Of a DNA stretch of 64,000 bases, positions 30,366 to 40,751 are shown piece after piece. Each line of letters starts with the position of its first letter. Positions within the stretch are counted from its first letter, which is position 1. The stretch is taken from positions 64,001 to 128,000 of the IMG/VR virus record IMGVR_UViG_3300017780_003104, one strand, 5' to 3'. The notes under the pieces were generated by a model, which saw only the letters and a program-made list of their open reading frames with translations, made no database searches and was not told the origin of the DNA. Source of the DNA: a virus. Its lineage: Duplodnaviria > Caudoviricetes. The position numbers were made by a program, and so were the translations under genes.

Positions 30366-31283
30366 TTACTTGAAGTAATCAGATGATTTCTTTAGAGTTG
30401 AACCGGGAACTTGGTTGTTCTTGCCTTGGAGGGCAGAGAAGTTTGGAGCACCATCTTTAGTTCCAGTTTCATCAGTCACATCTGTTTTGGCTTTCCCGCT
30501 TTTTGGTGCAGGATGACCGGAAACTTTATTTGACTTAGCTTGAAAGACTTTCTTCTTATCTGGTGCGACTTTAGTTCCTTCTTCTTCATCTTCATCAAAT
30601 GAGAAGTCATCACCTTCATCTTCGAATTCATCACCACCTTCGTCTCCGAAGTCTAGGTCATCACCTTCATCACCGAAGTCTTCTTCGCCACCTAGAGCAC
30701 CTTGAAGGACATCAATTAATTGTTGGGCAACATCTTTAGGTAATGTGAATGTTACTTCTCCTCCACCTTCTTCGTCTCCAACCTCATCATCACCAAAATC
30801 ATCTCCGAATTCGGAGTCTGGTGAGGCATCGTCTAGCCCAAGGGCATCGACATCGTTATTATCATCTTGACCGAAGTTCTCTTTGAGGACTTTATTGTAT
30901 AGTTTATCGAACACTGATTTGCTCATGGTATTATTTACCATCGAACGTATGTTTTTTTTGTTTTCTTTAATAAATTCTTCCTCTTCCGCTTCTTCTGCTG
31001 TCATTAATGATATTTGTCTTTTAATTTTTTTATTTTGATCATCTGACAAACTTCCACTATCTATTTTATCTTGAAGTTTTTTAACGGTTTTTTGACGTTT
31101 TGATTTAGGCTTACCTAAATCATCCTCTAATGCATCATTATAGCCATCTGTTTTTGGACCATTTCCTACTAATTCTGGGTGATCACCAAAAGCATTCTTA
31201 TTAGATTCTTTTAAGTTATATTTGAATGTATTCAACATTTTACCATACATATCACCTATAGATGTAGCGTCTTGTTTCTTCAT
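30366..31283 (-). CDS. Highly acidic late protein, possible prohead core/scaffold
   Basis: D/E/G/F-rich central tract, several L/I-x-E sites, TAAATA-N7-ATG, followed by a strong terminator. Confidence 0.55.
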   Translation of the reverse strand: MKKQDATSIGDMYGKMLNTFKYNLKESNKNAFGDHPELVGNGPKTDGYNDALEDDLGKPKSKRQKTVKKLQDKIDSGSLSDDQNKKIKRQISLMTAEEAEEEEFIKENKKNIRSMVNNTMSKSVFDKLYNKVLKENFGQDDNNDVDALGLDDASPDSEFGDDFGDDEVGDEEGGGEVTFTLPKDVAQQLIDVLQGALGGEEDFGDEGDDLDFGDEGGDEFEDEGDDFSFDEDEEEGTKVAPDKKKVFQAKSNKVSGHPAPKSGKAKTDVTDETGTKDGAPNFSALQGKNNQVPGSTLKKSSDYFK

Positions 31284-31316
31284 ATAATTATATTTATCCA
31301 TAAATAGTAATATATT

Positions 31317-33098
31317 ATGACCAAAGATAAAAAAGATAAGTTTTATATGGGTAATCCGAATGTCCCTGCAAGGGGAGCGGAATTCGTATACACCAGAGAA
31401 ATGGTGAGTGAACTTGAAAAATGTAAAAAAGATATTTTATACTTTGCTGAAAATTACTTCTTTATTTTAATTCCCGGTAAAGGTAAAGAGAAAATTAAAT
31501 TATATTCGGCACAGAAGAGAATTTTGAAAAAAATGAGAAAAGATAGATTTTTCATTTTGTTGGCGTCAAGACAAGTTGGTAAATCTACTCTTATGACCAT
31601 TTATCTATTGTGGACTGCATTATTCTTCAACGATGAGCGTATATTATTAGTAGCGAATAAAGAAGCAACAGCTATTGAAATTTTCGGAAGAATTAGAATG
31701 TCTTATGAATTAATGCCAAATTGGATTAAATCTCCAATTGCCGAAACGTATGGTAAGACTGGAATGGATTTAGAGAATGGTAGTAGAATCCAGATATCAA
31801 CCACAACTGGAACAGCCGCCCGTGGACAATCGGTTTCTATATTGGTTATTGATGAGTGTGCTTTCATTGAAGAACATTTAATGGACCCCTTCTGGGCATC
31901 TGTGTTTCCTATTGTATCAGCATCATCAACATCTAAAGTGTTCATATGTTCTACCGCGAACGGGACGGGAAATCTATTCCACACTTTATATACGGATTCG
32001 CTGGAAGGTAAGAATGGTTGGGTTAGCGACAAGATTTTATGGAATGAGGTTCCCGGTAGAACTCAATCATGGGCGGATAAAGTTAAAAGTGGATTAGCAT
32101 CTGATGAAAAATGGAGGCAGGAATATGGTTGCGAATTTATTAATTCGGGGACATCATCCTTGAATGAGCATCTTTACAATGAATTAAAGAAGCATATTAA
32201 ACCACCGATTGAAACATTGATGGATGGAAAATACCTCATATGGGAACATCCAAATCCAGAACGTATGTATGTTGTTGGTGTCGATGTGGCGGAAGGTGTA
32301 GGTGGTGATTATTCCGTTATTAAAGTTCTTGATATCACAGATCTAAGGGAGATAATTGAAGTTGCCGAATATTATGACAATATGATATCCGTTTCTGAAT
32401 TTTCTAATAAATTATATGAAATACTTCAACATTGGGGAAATCCTTTAGTTTGTATTGAACGTAATAATCAGGGAGGTCAAGTTGCAGATAGATTAGGTTT
32501 AGATTTTGGATATCCAAAAATGGTAAATTGGGGTTCTAAACTTGCAGGTAGGAAAAACTTAGAATTGTTCGGAATGGTATCGAGTAGAAATACAAAGTAT
32601 TACGCATGTTCCAATGCTCGCTATTATTATAGTGATAAACAATCGGTTATTTTTAGAAATGATCATTCCCTTGAGGAACTGTTTAAAGATTTCGTAAAAG
32701 TTAATGATACGTGGCAAGCTATGTCAGGAAAGCATGATGATAGGACTATGGCAATGATATGGGCATTAATGGTTCTAGATAAAGATTTATGCGAGAGATG
32801 GTTCACTATTGATGAATATGATGATTGTGGTAAACCATTAAGAATATCAACATTAGATTTCGGGATCAAATATTTCGAAAATCCAACATCTATATATACC
32901 AATGAACAAGTTGATAAGATCGAACACTCCCGACTTGCACCAATGGTGTTTGGTTCATTCGGAGAAGCTGATAATGAGTTGGCACAATTACAAAATGATG
33001 GATGGTCATTACTTGGTGGGGGTAGCATGCCTTATCAAGATCCTAGTAGGACATTATCAGATGATCAATATGCTGCAATGGGTAGGATATTTAGTTAA
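31317..33098 (+). CDS. gp17: Terminase large subunit
   Basis: Walker A SRQVGKST, Walker B ILVIDECAFI, STANG coupling motif, nuclease GVDVAEG.GGDYS and HDD. Confidence 0.96.
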   Translation: MTKDKKDKFYMGNPNVPARGAEFVYTREMVSELEKCKKDILYFAENYFFILIPGKGKEKIKLYSAQKRILKKMRKDRFFILLASRQVGKSTLMTIYLLWTALFFNDERILLVANKEATAIEIFGRIRMSYELMPNWIKSPIAETYGKTGMDLENGSRIQISTTTGTAARGQSVSILVIDECAFIEEHLMDPFWASVFPIVSASSTSKVFICSTANGTGNLFHTLYTDSLEGKNGWVSDKILWNEVPGRTQSWADKVKSGLASDEKWRQEYGCEFINSGTSSLNEHLYNELKKHIKPPIETLMDGKYLIWEHPNPERMYVVGVDVAEGVGGDYSVIKVLDITDLREIIEVAEYYDNMISVSEFSNKLYEILQHWGNPLVCIERNNQGGQVADRLGLDFGYPKMVNWGSKLAGRKNLELFGMVSSRNTKYYACSNARYYYSDKQSVIFRNDHSLEELFKDFVKVNDTWQAMSGKHDDRTMAMIWALMVLDKDLCERWFTIDEYDDCGKPLRISTLDFGIKYFENPTSIYTNEQVDKIEHSRLAPMVFGSFGEADNELAQLQNDGWSLLGGGSMPYQDPSRTLSDDQYAAMGRIFS

Positions 33099-33107
33099 AT
33101 ATAATAA

Positions 33108-33689
33108 ATGAACATCCAACAAAGCGTTTTAAACAAGGCCCGTCAGGACAAATTTATACTTGTGTTTGACTTACCTCCTATACTAAAGCCAATCGCCAAA
33201 AAATATGACAGGAATAATAGAACAATTATACCGGATAGTGTTCAATTTTCGGTGTTTGGAACTATTATACCAGAAGTAGCCGTAAAGGGTGTCGAGAATA
33301 GATATGCGGGTTCGACCTTATATATATCATCTTTTAGTAAGGATTCCCCACCACCAGTCAATATAAAGTTCAACGTTGACTCGATGTATAATAATTATTT
33401 CACTATATGGTCTTGGTTAAATTTATTACATGATCATAAAACTGGAATATATAATGAAAGAGGATTAATACCAGAAGATGCTAATTTTAATGATTATATG
33501 ACAGATTTATCAGTATATGGTCTTGATGAATTTGGTAAAAAGAGAATACACTTCAAATACATAAAAGCTTTCGTGACAAGTCTAGATGAAATAACTTATA
33601 ATCAAAAATCAGAGCAAGGTGAAGAGATCGAATCTGGTTTTACATTCCTTTATAGCCAGATGCACGTTGAAATTTTAAACGAAAATTGA
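33108..33689 (+). CDS. Tail terminator/completion protein (gp3-like, tube fold)
   Basis: IPEV...FNVD..NNYFTIWSWL..TDLSVYGLD..F..FVTSL pattern; position next to sheath. Confidence 0.6.
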   Translation: MNIQQSVLNKARQDKFILVFDLPPILKPIAKKYDRNNRTIIPDSVQFSVFGTIIPEVAVKGVENRYAGSTLYISSFSKDSPPPVNIKFNVDSMYNNYFTIWSWLNLLHDHKTGIYNERGLIPEDANFNDYMTDLSVYGLDEFGKKRIHFKYIKAFVTSLDEITYNQKSEQGEEIESGFTFLYSQMHVEILNEN

Positions 33690-33692
33690 ATT

Positions 33693-33738
33693 TGTTATTT
33701 ATCTTTTGGAAAGTTTATCAATTGAAAGATAAATAACA
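33693..33738. repeat. 14-bp perfect inverted repeat containing the sheath late promoter
   Basis: TGTTATTTATCTTT (33693-33706) / AAAGATAAATAACA (33725-33738), 18-nt spacer. Confidence 0.85.
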
Positions 33739-33740
33739 TT

Positions 33741-36164
33741 ATGGCAACTCGCACAATTTTAAGCCCCGGTGTTGAAATATTTGAAAGAGATTTATCTCTA
33801 ATAGCCCCACAAAATGTGGGAACGAATGTATTCATTGCTGGGTATGCAGCACAAGGACCAACTGATGAAGTGATTAAAATCACTACAAGAGCAGATTTGG
33901 ATCAAATTTATGGACCTCCAACTAATAGTGCTGAGAGATACTTTTACCATGGAGTTCGTGAACTTTTAAATTCACCAGCAAATATCTATACTTCAAGACT
34001 TCCATATGGATCTGGAAGTGGTGCTGGATTTGGATCTGAATATTCAGCACTGGTATATCCAGTTCAACACGTTAATGAAACTACTGTTGATAGTCTCAGT
34101 CTTGCTTCTGCATCGTTATCAGCAACTGCAATAGCTAGCTTATCTTCATCTGTTACCTCAGATCTAAATCAACTTTCTGGAACATATGTGCTAGGTGATC
34201 CAGTTCATGTAACACTTAGCGAAACTCAATATCAACTAATCCAAGAAGGTTCTCTATTTACTTGGAGTGCCAGTGCATGTGAACGAAGTCAATTAACAAC
34301 ATTTGATAATCTTGGTAGAGCTGGATTAATTATCCTTAATAAATCCCAAACAACTATCAATAGTCAATTTGAAGGTTATTATATTGGTATTGCTGATAAC
34401 ACTAATATCAACCCAGCATCTAATTATACATCGATTATTGGGGCTAAGACCGTTAGCGTATCTGCTACATATACACCAAACTTTACTAATATTCCTCTTG
34501 GAACTTTCCAATTTAGCTTAACATCTACACCAAATGGTAATTCTGGGAGTATCTCCCAAATCATGGAAAATCTTACGGATTACAACATTGATGGAAGAGA
34601 AGATGATGATTTACTTAACATTGGTATATTCAAACTTCGTAAGAGTTTCTACGCAACAGACGCTTATAAATTAGATTATGTCGTAGATAGTGCTATTGTT
34701 GGATCTATTGATAGCTTCAGAACCCGACCAAATCAATTAGGTGGTCCATTTGTATCATTTTACTTAGAGAATGAAGATAGTAACAATAGAAATGTTGAAG
34801 TCTTGGTTAATCCATATATATCTAATAAGTTTGGATCTACTGCTGTTGGTGTTGATGGAATTCCTAACAAAAAGGTTCGTATATTAACCCATGATTTGGT
34901 TAATGGTGTCAATGCTTTATACACAAACAGTGTTAATAGTTTAACAGCGACCAATCTATATGGTGTTCTTAATCCTCAAGTAGATGTATTAGTATCTAGA
35001 GTTAGTTACGCTGACAATATCTATCCAGTTGGATCATACAGTTCTGGTCAAATTACATCTAAAGTATTAGGATCGATTCCTTCTAAAATTGAGAGAGCAT
35101 TAGAAGCCGTCAAGAATGATGAGATTTATGATATAGATGTTGTCGTTGAAGCTGGTCTTGGAACCATTCATGTCATGACCAATATTCTTGGAACGGAGAA
35201 TCAATCTCTTTCAACTACATACTATGACGATACCAAATTTAGTGATGACTTAAGTAATGCCTTGGATACTATTAGAACCTCAAATCCATTAGATGAAATT
35301 GGTACAGATATTAGAAGTAATTATAGTGTGATTTTTAATGTGTTTGAAAATTTTTGTAATCTTCCATCCAATACTGGTGGTCGTGGTGACTGTATGTTTA
35401 TAGCAGACCCAATTCGTCATATCATGGTAACTGGTAAGAGTAATAAAGTTCTGTCAGATAGATCGAAGAATTTCCAAACTCATATATATTGGGCGATGAG
35501 ACATCAGTTCGAAAATGAAAATACTTCATACGCCGCAACTTATGGTAACTGGGCATTGGTTTATGATGAATTCTTAGGTGATAAAGTGTGGGTTCCATTC
35601 TCTTCAGTTGCTGGTGCAGCTTTTGCTCGTAATGATGCAGCGGAATTCCCATGGTCTGCTCCTGCTGGATACACTAGAGGTCTTGTGAGTGGAACCGTAG
35701 TTGACATTGCAATCACACCTAATCAAAAGCAACGCGATGAACTCTACAAGAGTAACATCAACCCCGTTCTTTTCTCACCATCACAAGGTATGGCAATCTT
35801 TGGTCAAAAGACTATGAGTAGAAAGCCAAGTGCCTTTGATAGAATTAATGTTCGTAGATGTTTCTTAGCTCTAGAACGTCCAACTAAAAAGGCATCTATC
35901 TTCTTCGTATTCGAACCAAACACTGAATATACTAGAACGAGATTTGTCAATACTATTAAACCAATATTTGAATATGCTAAAAATAATCAAGGAGTTTACG
36001 ACTATCTAATTGTTTGTGATGAAAGAAACAACACACCACAAGTTATTGATAGTAATGAGATGAGAGCAGATATTTATATCAAACCAGTTAGAACTGCCGA
36101 GTTTATCTTAGTATCCTTCATTGCAACTCGCACTGATGCGAATTTTGAAGAGTTGATTGGGTGA
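33741..36164 (+). CDS. gp18: Contractile tail sheath protein
   Basis: LSPGVEIFERD, FIAGYAAQGP, W.APAGYTRG, RDELYK..INP, GQKT..SAFDRINVRR, FEPNTEYTR, IKPVRTAEFI. Confidence 0.96.
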   Translation: MATRTILSPGVEIFERDLSLIAPQNVGTNVFIAGYAAQGPTDEVIKITTRADLDQIYGPPTNSAERYFYHGVRELLNSPANIYTSRLPYGSGSGAGFGSEYSALVYPVQHVNETTVDSLSLASASLSATAIASLSSSVTSDLNQLSGTYVLGDPVHVTLSETQYQLIQEGSLFTWSASACERSQLTTFDNLGRAGLIILNKSQTTINSQFEGYYIGIADNTNINPASNYTSIIGAKTVSVSATYTPNFTNIPLGTFQFSLTSTPNGNSGSISQIMENLTDYNIDGREDDDLLNIGIFKLRKSFYATDAYKLDYVVDSAIVGSIDSFRTRPNQLGGPFVSFYLENEDSNNRNVEVLVNPYISNKFGSTAVGVDGIPNKKVRILTHDLVNGVNALYTNSVNSLTATNLYGVLNPQVDVLVSRVSYADNIYPVGSYSSGQITSKVLGSIPSKIERALEAVKNDEIYDIDVVVEAGLGTIHVMTNILGTENQSLSTTYYDDTKFSDDLSNALDTIRTSNPLDEIGTDIRSNYSVIFNVFENFCNLPSNTGGRGDCMFIADPIRHIMVTGKSNKVLSDRSKNFQTHIYWAMRHQFENENTSYAATYGNWALVYDEFLGDKVWVPFSSVAGAAFARNDAAEFPWSAPAGYTRGLVSGTVVDIAITPNQKQRDELYKSNINPVLFSPSQGMAIFGQKTMSRKPSAFDRINVRRCFLALERPTKKASIFFVFEPNTEYTRTRFVNTIKPIFEYAKNNQGVYDYLIVCDERNNTPQVIDSNEMRADIYIKPVRTAEFILVSFIATRTDANFEELIG

Positions 36165-36191
36165 TAAATATAACATATACTAAATAATAAT

Positions 36192-36758
36192 ATGCCAACA
36201 AACATTAATACATTCTATAATCTTGCATCTCAAAGACAATTTGCTAGAGATTTCTTCCTGAGAGTTCACCACATTGAACTTCCCGGTATTTCACTATTCG
36301 GTGATACGGATTTAGTTTTCGCTAAAACCGCATCAATACCCGGAAGAAATATCGAGAATAAGATAGTTAATTACTCTGGACAACAATTCAATCTTAATGG
36401 TAAGTCTAGTTATCCGGGATCAGAGGCTTATAGCATTGAATTCTTTCATACTCAAGATTTAGATCTTCGTAAAAAATTAGAATATGCATCGAGACTTACA
36501 TTCGATAATGAGACTACAACGGGTCAACTTTGTATGCCGGGACCAGAATCATATATAATCCTTGATGTATTATCAGTTCCTTGTGGTCAAGGTAATCAAG
36601 GGGGTGAGGGAATGCAAGTAATTCAGCAAATCAAACTTGTTGGTGTTTCTATTAGAGAAATCGGAGAAGTCGCATATCAAATTGCTGATGGAACTGGTGA
36701 AGTTCTATCTATTCCATGCACATTCTCATATCATTGGTATGAGAATTTTTCATACTAA
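36192..36758 (+). CDS. gp19: Tail tube protein
   Basis: ARDF.F, KTASIPGR, Y.G..WT-like segment, C-terminal TFSYHWY; directly after sheath. Confidence 0.8.
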   Translation: MPTNINTFYNLASQRQFARDFFLRVHHIELPGISLFGDTDLVFAKTASIPGRNIENKIVNYSGQQFNLNGKSSYPGSEAYSIEFFHTQDLDLRKKLEYASRLTFDNETTTGQLCMPGPESYIILDVLSVPCGQGNQGGEGMQVIQQIKLVGVSIREIGEVAYQIADGTGEVLSIPCTFSYHWYENFSY

Positions 36759-36780
36759 TAGTTTAATAAATAAATCTTTT

Positions 36781-36810
36781 AAACCCAATTAATTCATTTT
36801 AATTGGGTTT
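36781..36810 (+). terminator. Intrinsic terminator after tail tube
   Basis: AAACCCAATTAA-TTCATT-TTAATTGGGTTT followed by ATTTGTTG. Confidence 0.8.
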
Positions 36811-36835
36811 ATTTGTTGTATGGGTAAATAATTAA

Positions 36836-37435
36836 GTGAATCCTAATATTTACGAATTTTTCGCTGCGTTCTCTTATGATCCCAAATTCTATTTACACTT
36901 ACCAGTTCTTTGGACTGTTTCAATTGATGGAGTAACGGAGAGATCAATTAATAATGTTTTACTTGATGCTGGGGAACAATGGATGGCTAAGACAGATCCA
37001 TGGAAAATGTCTAGAAGTGGAAATATATTAGTAGCACAGGAAGTATCACTACCACAAGAATCATCAAATTTCTCAGCATTAGAATTTGGTAGCGGGATGG
37101 GTGGATACTTACCGGGATATGCATTAAATAATAGAACTAATTTTTTAGATAGATCATTTTCAATTAATTTCATTGAAACTGAATTAGACATAGAACATAA
37201 TTTCTTCAGACCATGGTTAATTGCTCTTGGTGTTAAAGGGTTGATAGAATATGGACCATCACTAAAATCTAGTATAGAGATTAAACAATATACCAATGAT
37301 GGAATATTGATACGAGGATTCCGATTTAATAAAGCATTTCCAACTGCAATTGAAGGTTATACCCTTAATTATGAAAATACTGACATTCCAATTAAATCGG
37401 TAACATTTGGTTGTCAGAATTATGAACAAATATGA
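36836..37435 (+). CDS. Tube-fold baseplate protein (gp54/gp48-like)
   Basis: SINFIET...FFRPW...IEIKQY...FPT.I pattern of tube-initiator proteins; TAAATA-N5-GTG. Confidence 0.6.
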   Translation: MNPNIYEFFAAFSYDPKFYLHLPVLWTVSIDGVTERSINNVLLDAGEQWMAKTDPWKMSRSGNILVAQEVSLPQESSNFSALEFGSGMGGYLPGYALNNRTNFLDRSFSINFIETELDIEHNFFRPWLIALGVKGLIEYGPSLKSSIEIKQYTNDGILIRGFRFNKAFPTAIEGYTLNYENTDIPIKSVTFGCQNYEQI

Positions 37436-38220
37436 TATTATCAATTCCAAGCTTATCTGAAGAATGTAATATAAACGTATCGGAATTCACATTAGAGGAT
37501 TTCAGGAATATATCATTCCTGATCGAACAGAATAATGATAATGAATTATATAAGTTTCTAATATCTAAAATAGAGACTCCATGCAATGCATATGATAAAT
37601 TCTATGTTCTTTTTAAAATGAGAATATTATTAGTAAATGAAAATATATCATTTAATAATGGAAGAGCTAATATAAAAGTAAATTTAAAATCTTGGGATAA
37701 TACGATTTTAGATAACTATAAAGATATCAAAAAGGATATAATATTTGAGGATTTTATAGCAACAGTGAATTACCCAGAGCATATGATGTACGATAATTAT
37801 GATGATTGTGTAATGGGATGTATTGCAAAAATTTCATATAAAGGTAGAGACATTAAATTCTTCGGATTGGATAAAACTGAAAAGCTTTCAATTTTGGAGA
37901 GAATACCACCATCGTTATATATTTCAATTAAGGACTATATAACTGAACATCGCATGGATAGGTTAATTGTAATGGAGTCTAAATTAGATTTACCAGAAAT
38001 CGATATAAATATTTTCAATAATAATGCATACGAATTATTAAAAATATTATATAATTACTATAAGTATGACGATATATTAGAATTGATATTTATGCTAAGT
38101 CGAAAAATCAATGATATTGGGTATTTGAATAGTAGAAATCCAAGAGATTTGGACCTTTTAATACAAATATATTCAGAAGATGTTGAAAAAACCTCCCATG
38201 ATAGTAAATCATATATATGA
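37432..38220 (+). CDS. Putative baseplate hub/assembly protein
   Basis: Context and ATGA-type coupling only. Confidence 0.45.
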   Translation: MILSIPSLSEECNINVSEFTLEDFRNISFLIEQNNDNELYKFLISKIETPCNAYDKFYVLFKMRILLVNENISFNNGRANIKVNLKSWDNTILDNYKDIKKDIIFEDFIATVNYPEHMMYDNYDDCVMGCIAKISYKGRDIKFFGLDKTEKLSILERIPPSLYISIKDYITEHRMDRLIVMESKLDLPEIDINIFNNNAYELLKILYNYYKYDDILELIFMLSRKINDIGYLNSRNPRDLDLLIQIYSEDVEKTSHDSKSYI

Positions 38221-38939
38221 GTAAGAATCAATTACAAGACTTTCTTGATATTTTAGATAAATGTGAAGATAAATCCTTGAAGGTTAATGTATCATCTAAA
38301 GATCACGTATTAGTTTCACCCCTTTCCTTCAAACAACAAAAAACCTTAATAACAACTGGATTGGATGGTATAACTGGTGTTATGGTATTTGTTAAAAATT
38401 TAAATGATATCATTTTAAACAATTCGGATGATGAAAATCTGAAAATCTACGATAGGATTCCAATTGCATTAGCATTGAGAAAAAAATTATCAGATAAAAA
38501 AATAGAAAAAGATGAGATTAAAATAGATGTTGATGATTTAATTAATCAATTTAAAAAATTTGATCTAGATGAAACTAGACAAATAGAATTAGATGGTTAT
38601 TCTGTGAATCTTAGGATACCCACACTAAAACAAGAAAATAAATCATTATCGATATGTATTGAAGATCTGAAAAAAATGGACTCTGATAATATTGGTAAAA
38701 ATGTGGCATTGATCCTCTCCTACGAGCTTCCAAAATTTATCGATAGTATCATGTTCGGTGATAATGTGATAAAATTTGATGACATTCCAAATTCAGAAAA
38801 AATTAAAATAATGGATAAGTTGCCAGCAAATGTGACCAATAATATCACAGAATTCATCTTAAAAGTTAGAGAATATGATGAATCTCTCTTAACATGGTCT
38901 GGAATAACGGTAGATATTGATTCATCCTTCTTCGAATAA
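38217..38939 (+). CDS. Putative baseplate hub assembly protein (gp26-like)
   Basis: VSPLSFKQQKTLI, LRIPTL, C-terminal SSFF; position before tape-measure-like gene. Confidence 0.5.
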   Translation: MSKNQLQDFLDILDKCEDKSLKVNVSSKDHVLVSPLSFKQQKTLITTGLDGITGVMVFVKNLNDIILNNSDDENLKIYDRIPIALALRKKLSDKKIEKDEIKIDVDDLINQFKKFDLDETRQIELDGYSVNLRIPTLKQENKSLSICIEDLKKMDSDNIGKNVALILSYELPKFIDSIMFGDNVIKFDDIPNSEKIKIMDKLPANVTNNITEFILKVREYDESLLTWSGITVDIDSSFFE

Positions 38940-38961
38940 AGAATAAAGATTAAATACTAAT

Positions 38962-40740
38962 GTGGAATTAGTAGAACAATTTTTAGGAATTTTAGATAAA
39001 CAAACCAAACTCGTAGATGAACTTGCATCTATGAAGTCTGGTGGTAATACATTAGTATCTAAAAACATAATAAAATCAGATAATTCAACATTTGATTCGG
39101 ATAGTTCACAACCATCAAAACTGAATTCAAAGGAGAGAGCTAGAACCGCAGAGGCATCGTCTATCTTTATATCTAAATTCTTCAGTGAAGAAAAGAAACA
39201 TAGAAAAGATACAGCGGAGAAGACATCAATCTCTAAACTGGTAAAACCTACCCTTCAAACAAAAAGTAAATCATTAACAGGAATATCCGACAAAAAGGGT
39301 GGTGGTGGATTAATGGAAGCATTGATGGGTATGTTGGGTCTTGGATCACTTAGCAAACTAATAAAACCCGGAGCATTAATAAAATCATTATTCAAGAAAG
39401 GTCTAGCTACAATATCTAGTAAATTGAAGGGTGTTATATCTTCCATTTGGGGTGGCACTAAGAACTTAACATCAAAAATGATTACTAGTCTAAAAGATGT
39501 AACATCAAAAGCTTTAGATGGAGTTAAAGGTGTTTTTGGTTCAATTAAAGATAAAGCACTTGGAATGTTTGAAAAAGTTGGGACTAAAATATCTGGTCTA
39601 TGGGGAACTATAACTAATTCAAGTGCATATAAAACATTTTCTGGATTGATTGACGATGCTGCTTCTGCAATATCTAAAGTATTTCAAGGAGTTAAGAATA
39701 AAGTTGGAACCTTTATTGAGTCGGGTTCTAAACTAGTCTCTAAATACACACCAGAACCTATAAAGGCTGGTGCAGCTAAAGCTGGATCAGCTTTGAAGAC
39801 TGCTGGTAAAGCTACGAGTAGTTGGTTGGGTAGAGCTAGTGGATTTATTAAATCAACTGCTGGTGAAGCTGCTGGTGGTGCTGTTAAATATGGTAAGGCT
39901 GCTGGTGGTGCTGTTAAGGGTTTCAGTAAGGGTGCGGTTGATTCAGCTAAAGGATTAGTTGCATCGACATTTCAAAGTGCCATTAAGAAATCTGGTGGGA
40001 TGATAGGAATGATGGGAAAACTTACAGCCAAAAGTGCTAGAGGTGTAGCTAAAGTTCCAATTATAGGTCCAGCTATCGAAGCTGCATTTACAGCATATGA
40101 TATAGCTGAAATGAAAAAGAAAGGATTATCTGATTCTGAATTACAACAATTAGCTGGTAAACGAGTTATAAGTGGTGTAACTGGTATGATAGGTATGGCT
40201 AGTGGCTCCCTATTAGCTGGAGCATTGGGGAGTATTGTTCCCGGTGCTGGGACTGCATTAGGTGTTATTCTAGGTGGTATGGCTGGTGATGTAGCTGGGA
40301 GATTTTTAGGTGGTTTAGTGACCGATTATATAATCCCTAAAAAGTATACCAAAACTATCGGAGCTTTTGTGACAGGCACTCCACCACCCAGAGATGAAAT
40401 GCAAGACTTTATTATCAAGAATGGTAAAGTTCATAAATTTAGTAGTAAAGATGATGTCATGGGCATGAAAACAGGTGGGGCGATTGATGACTTCCTGAAA
40501 GGTGGTAGTGGTAATAATCAAACTATGCAGAAGATTGTCCAAGCTAATAATATATCCAATCAATATTTGAGAGCTATTGCTCATAATACCGCTATGATGG
40601 TTAATAAATTATCAAATAACTCATCAGGTGGGCGTCCAATTATAGTATCATCGCCACAATCGAAACCAGCACCTACAAAACAAATGGTGACAATTCCAAA
40701 TAATAGATCTGGTTACAGTGACAGTGCTTATGCATTATAA
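38962..40740 (+). CDS. Tape-measure/gp29-like protein
   Basis: G/A/K/S-rich helical repeats, GG..G hydrophobic segments, KVPIIGPAI. Confidence 0.65.
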   Translation: MELVEQFLGILDKQTKLVDELASMKSGGNTLVSKNIIKSDNSTFDSDSSQPSKLNSKERARTAEASSIFISKFFSEEKKHRKDTAEKTSISKLVKPTLQTKSKSLTGISDKKGGGGLMEALMGMLGLGSLSKLIKPGALIKSLFKKGLATISSKLKGVISSIWGGTKNLTSKMITSLKDVTSKALDGVKGVFGSIKDKALGMFEKVGTKISGLWGTITNSSAYKTFSGLIDDAASAISKVFQGVKNKVGTFIESGSKLVSKYTPEPIKAGAAKAGSALKTAGKATSSWLGRASGFIKSTAGEAAGGAVKYGKAAGGAVKGFSKGAVDSAKGLVASTFQSAIKKSGGMIGMMGKLTAKSARGVAKVPIIGPAIEAAFTAYDIAEMKKKGLSDSELQQLAGKRVISGVTGMIGMASGSLLAGALGSIVPGAGTALGVILGGMAGDVAGRFLGGLVTDYIIPKKYTKTIGAFVTGTPPPRDEMQDFIIKNGKVHKFSSKDDVMGMKTGGAIDDFLKGGSGNNQTMQKIVQANNISNQYLRAIAHNTAMMVNKLSNNSSGGRPIIVSSPQSKPAPTKQMVTIPNNRSGYSDSAYAL

Positions 40741-40751
40741 TAAATAAATAT

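Noticed and set aside
31317-33098. Intein in terminase (also checked clamp loader and ligases)
   Set aside because: Lengths are normal and no C-x...HN-(C/S/T) splice motifs were seen.
37432-38939. Programmed frameshift of tail assembly chaperones before the tape-measure gene
   Set aside because: The two ORFs are joined by an ordinary 4-nt overlap; no clear slippery heptamer at the junction.
39868-39920. 30-bp-period repeat (GCTGCTGGTGGTGCTGTTAA x2) in the tape-measure-like gene
   Set aside because: Ordinary low-complexity helical repeat for this protein class.
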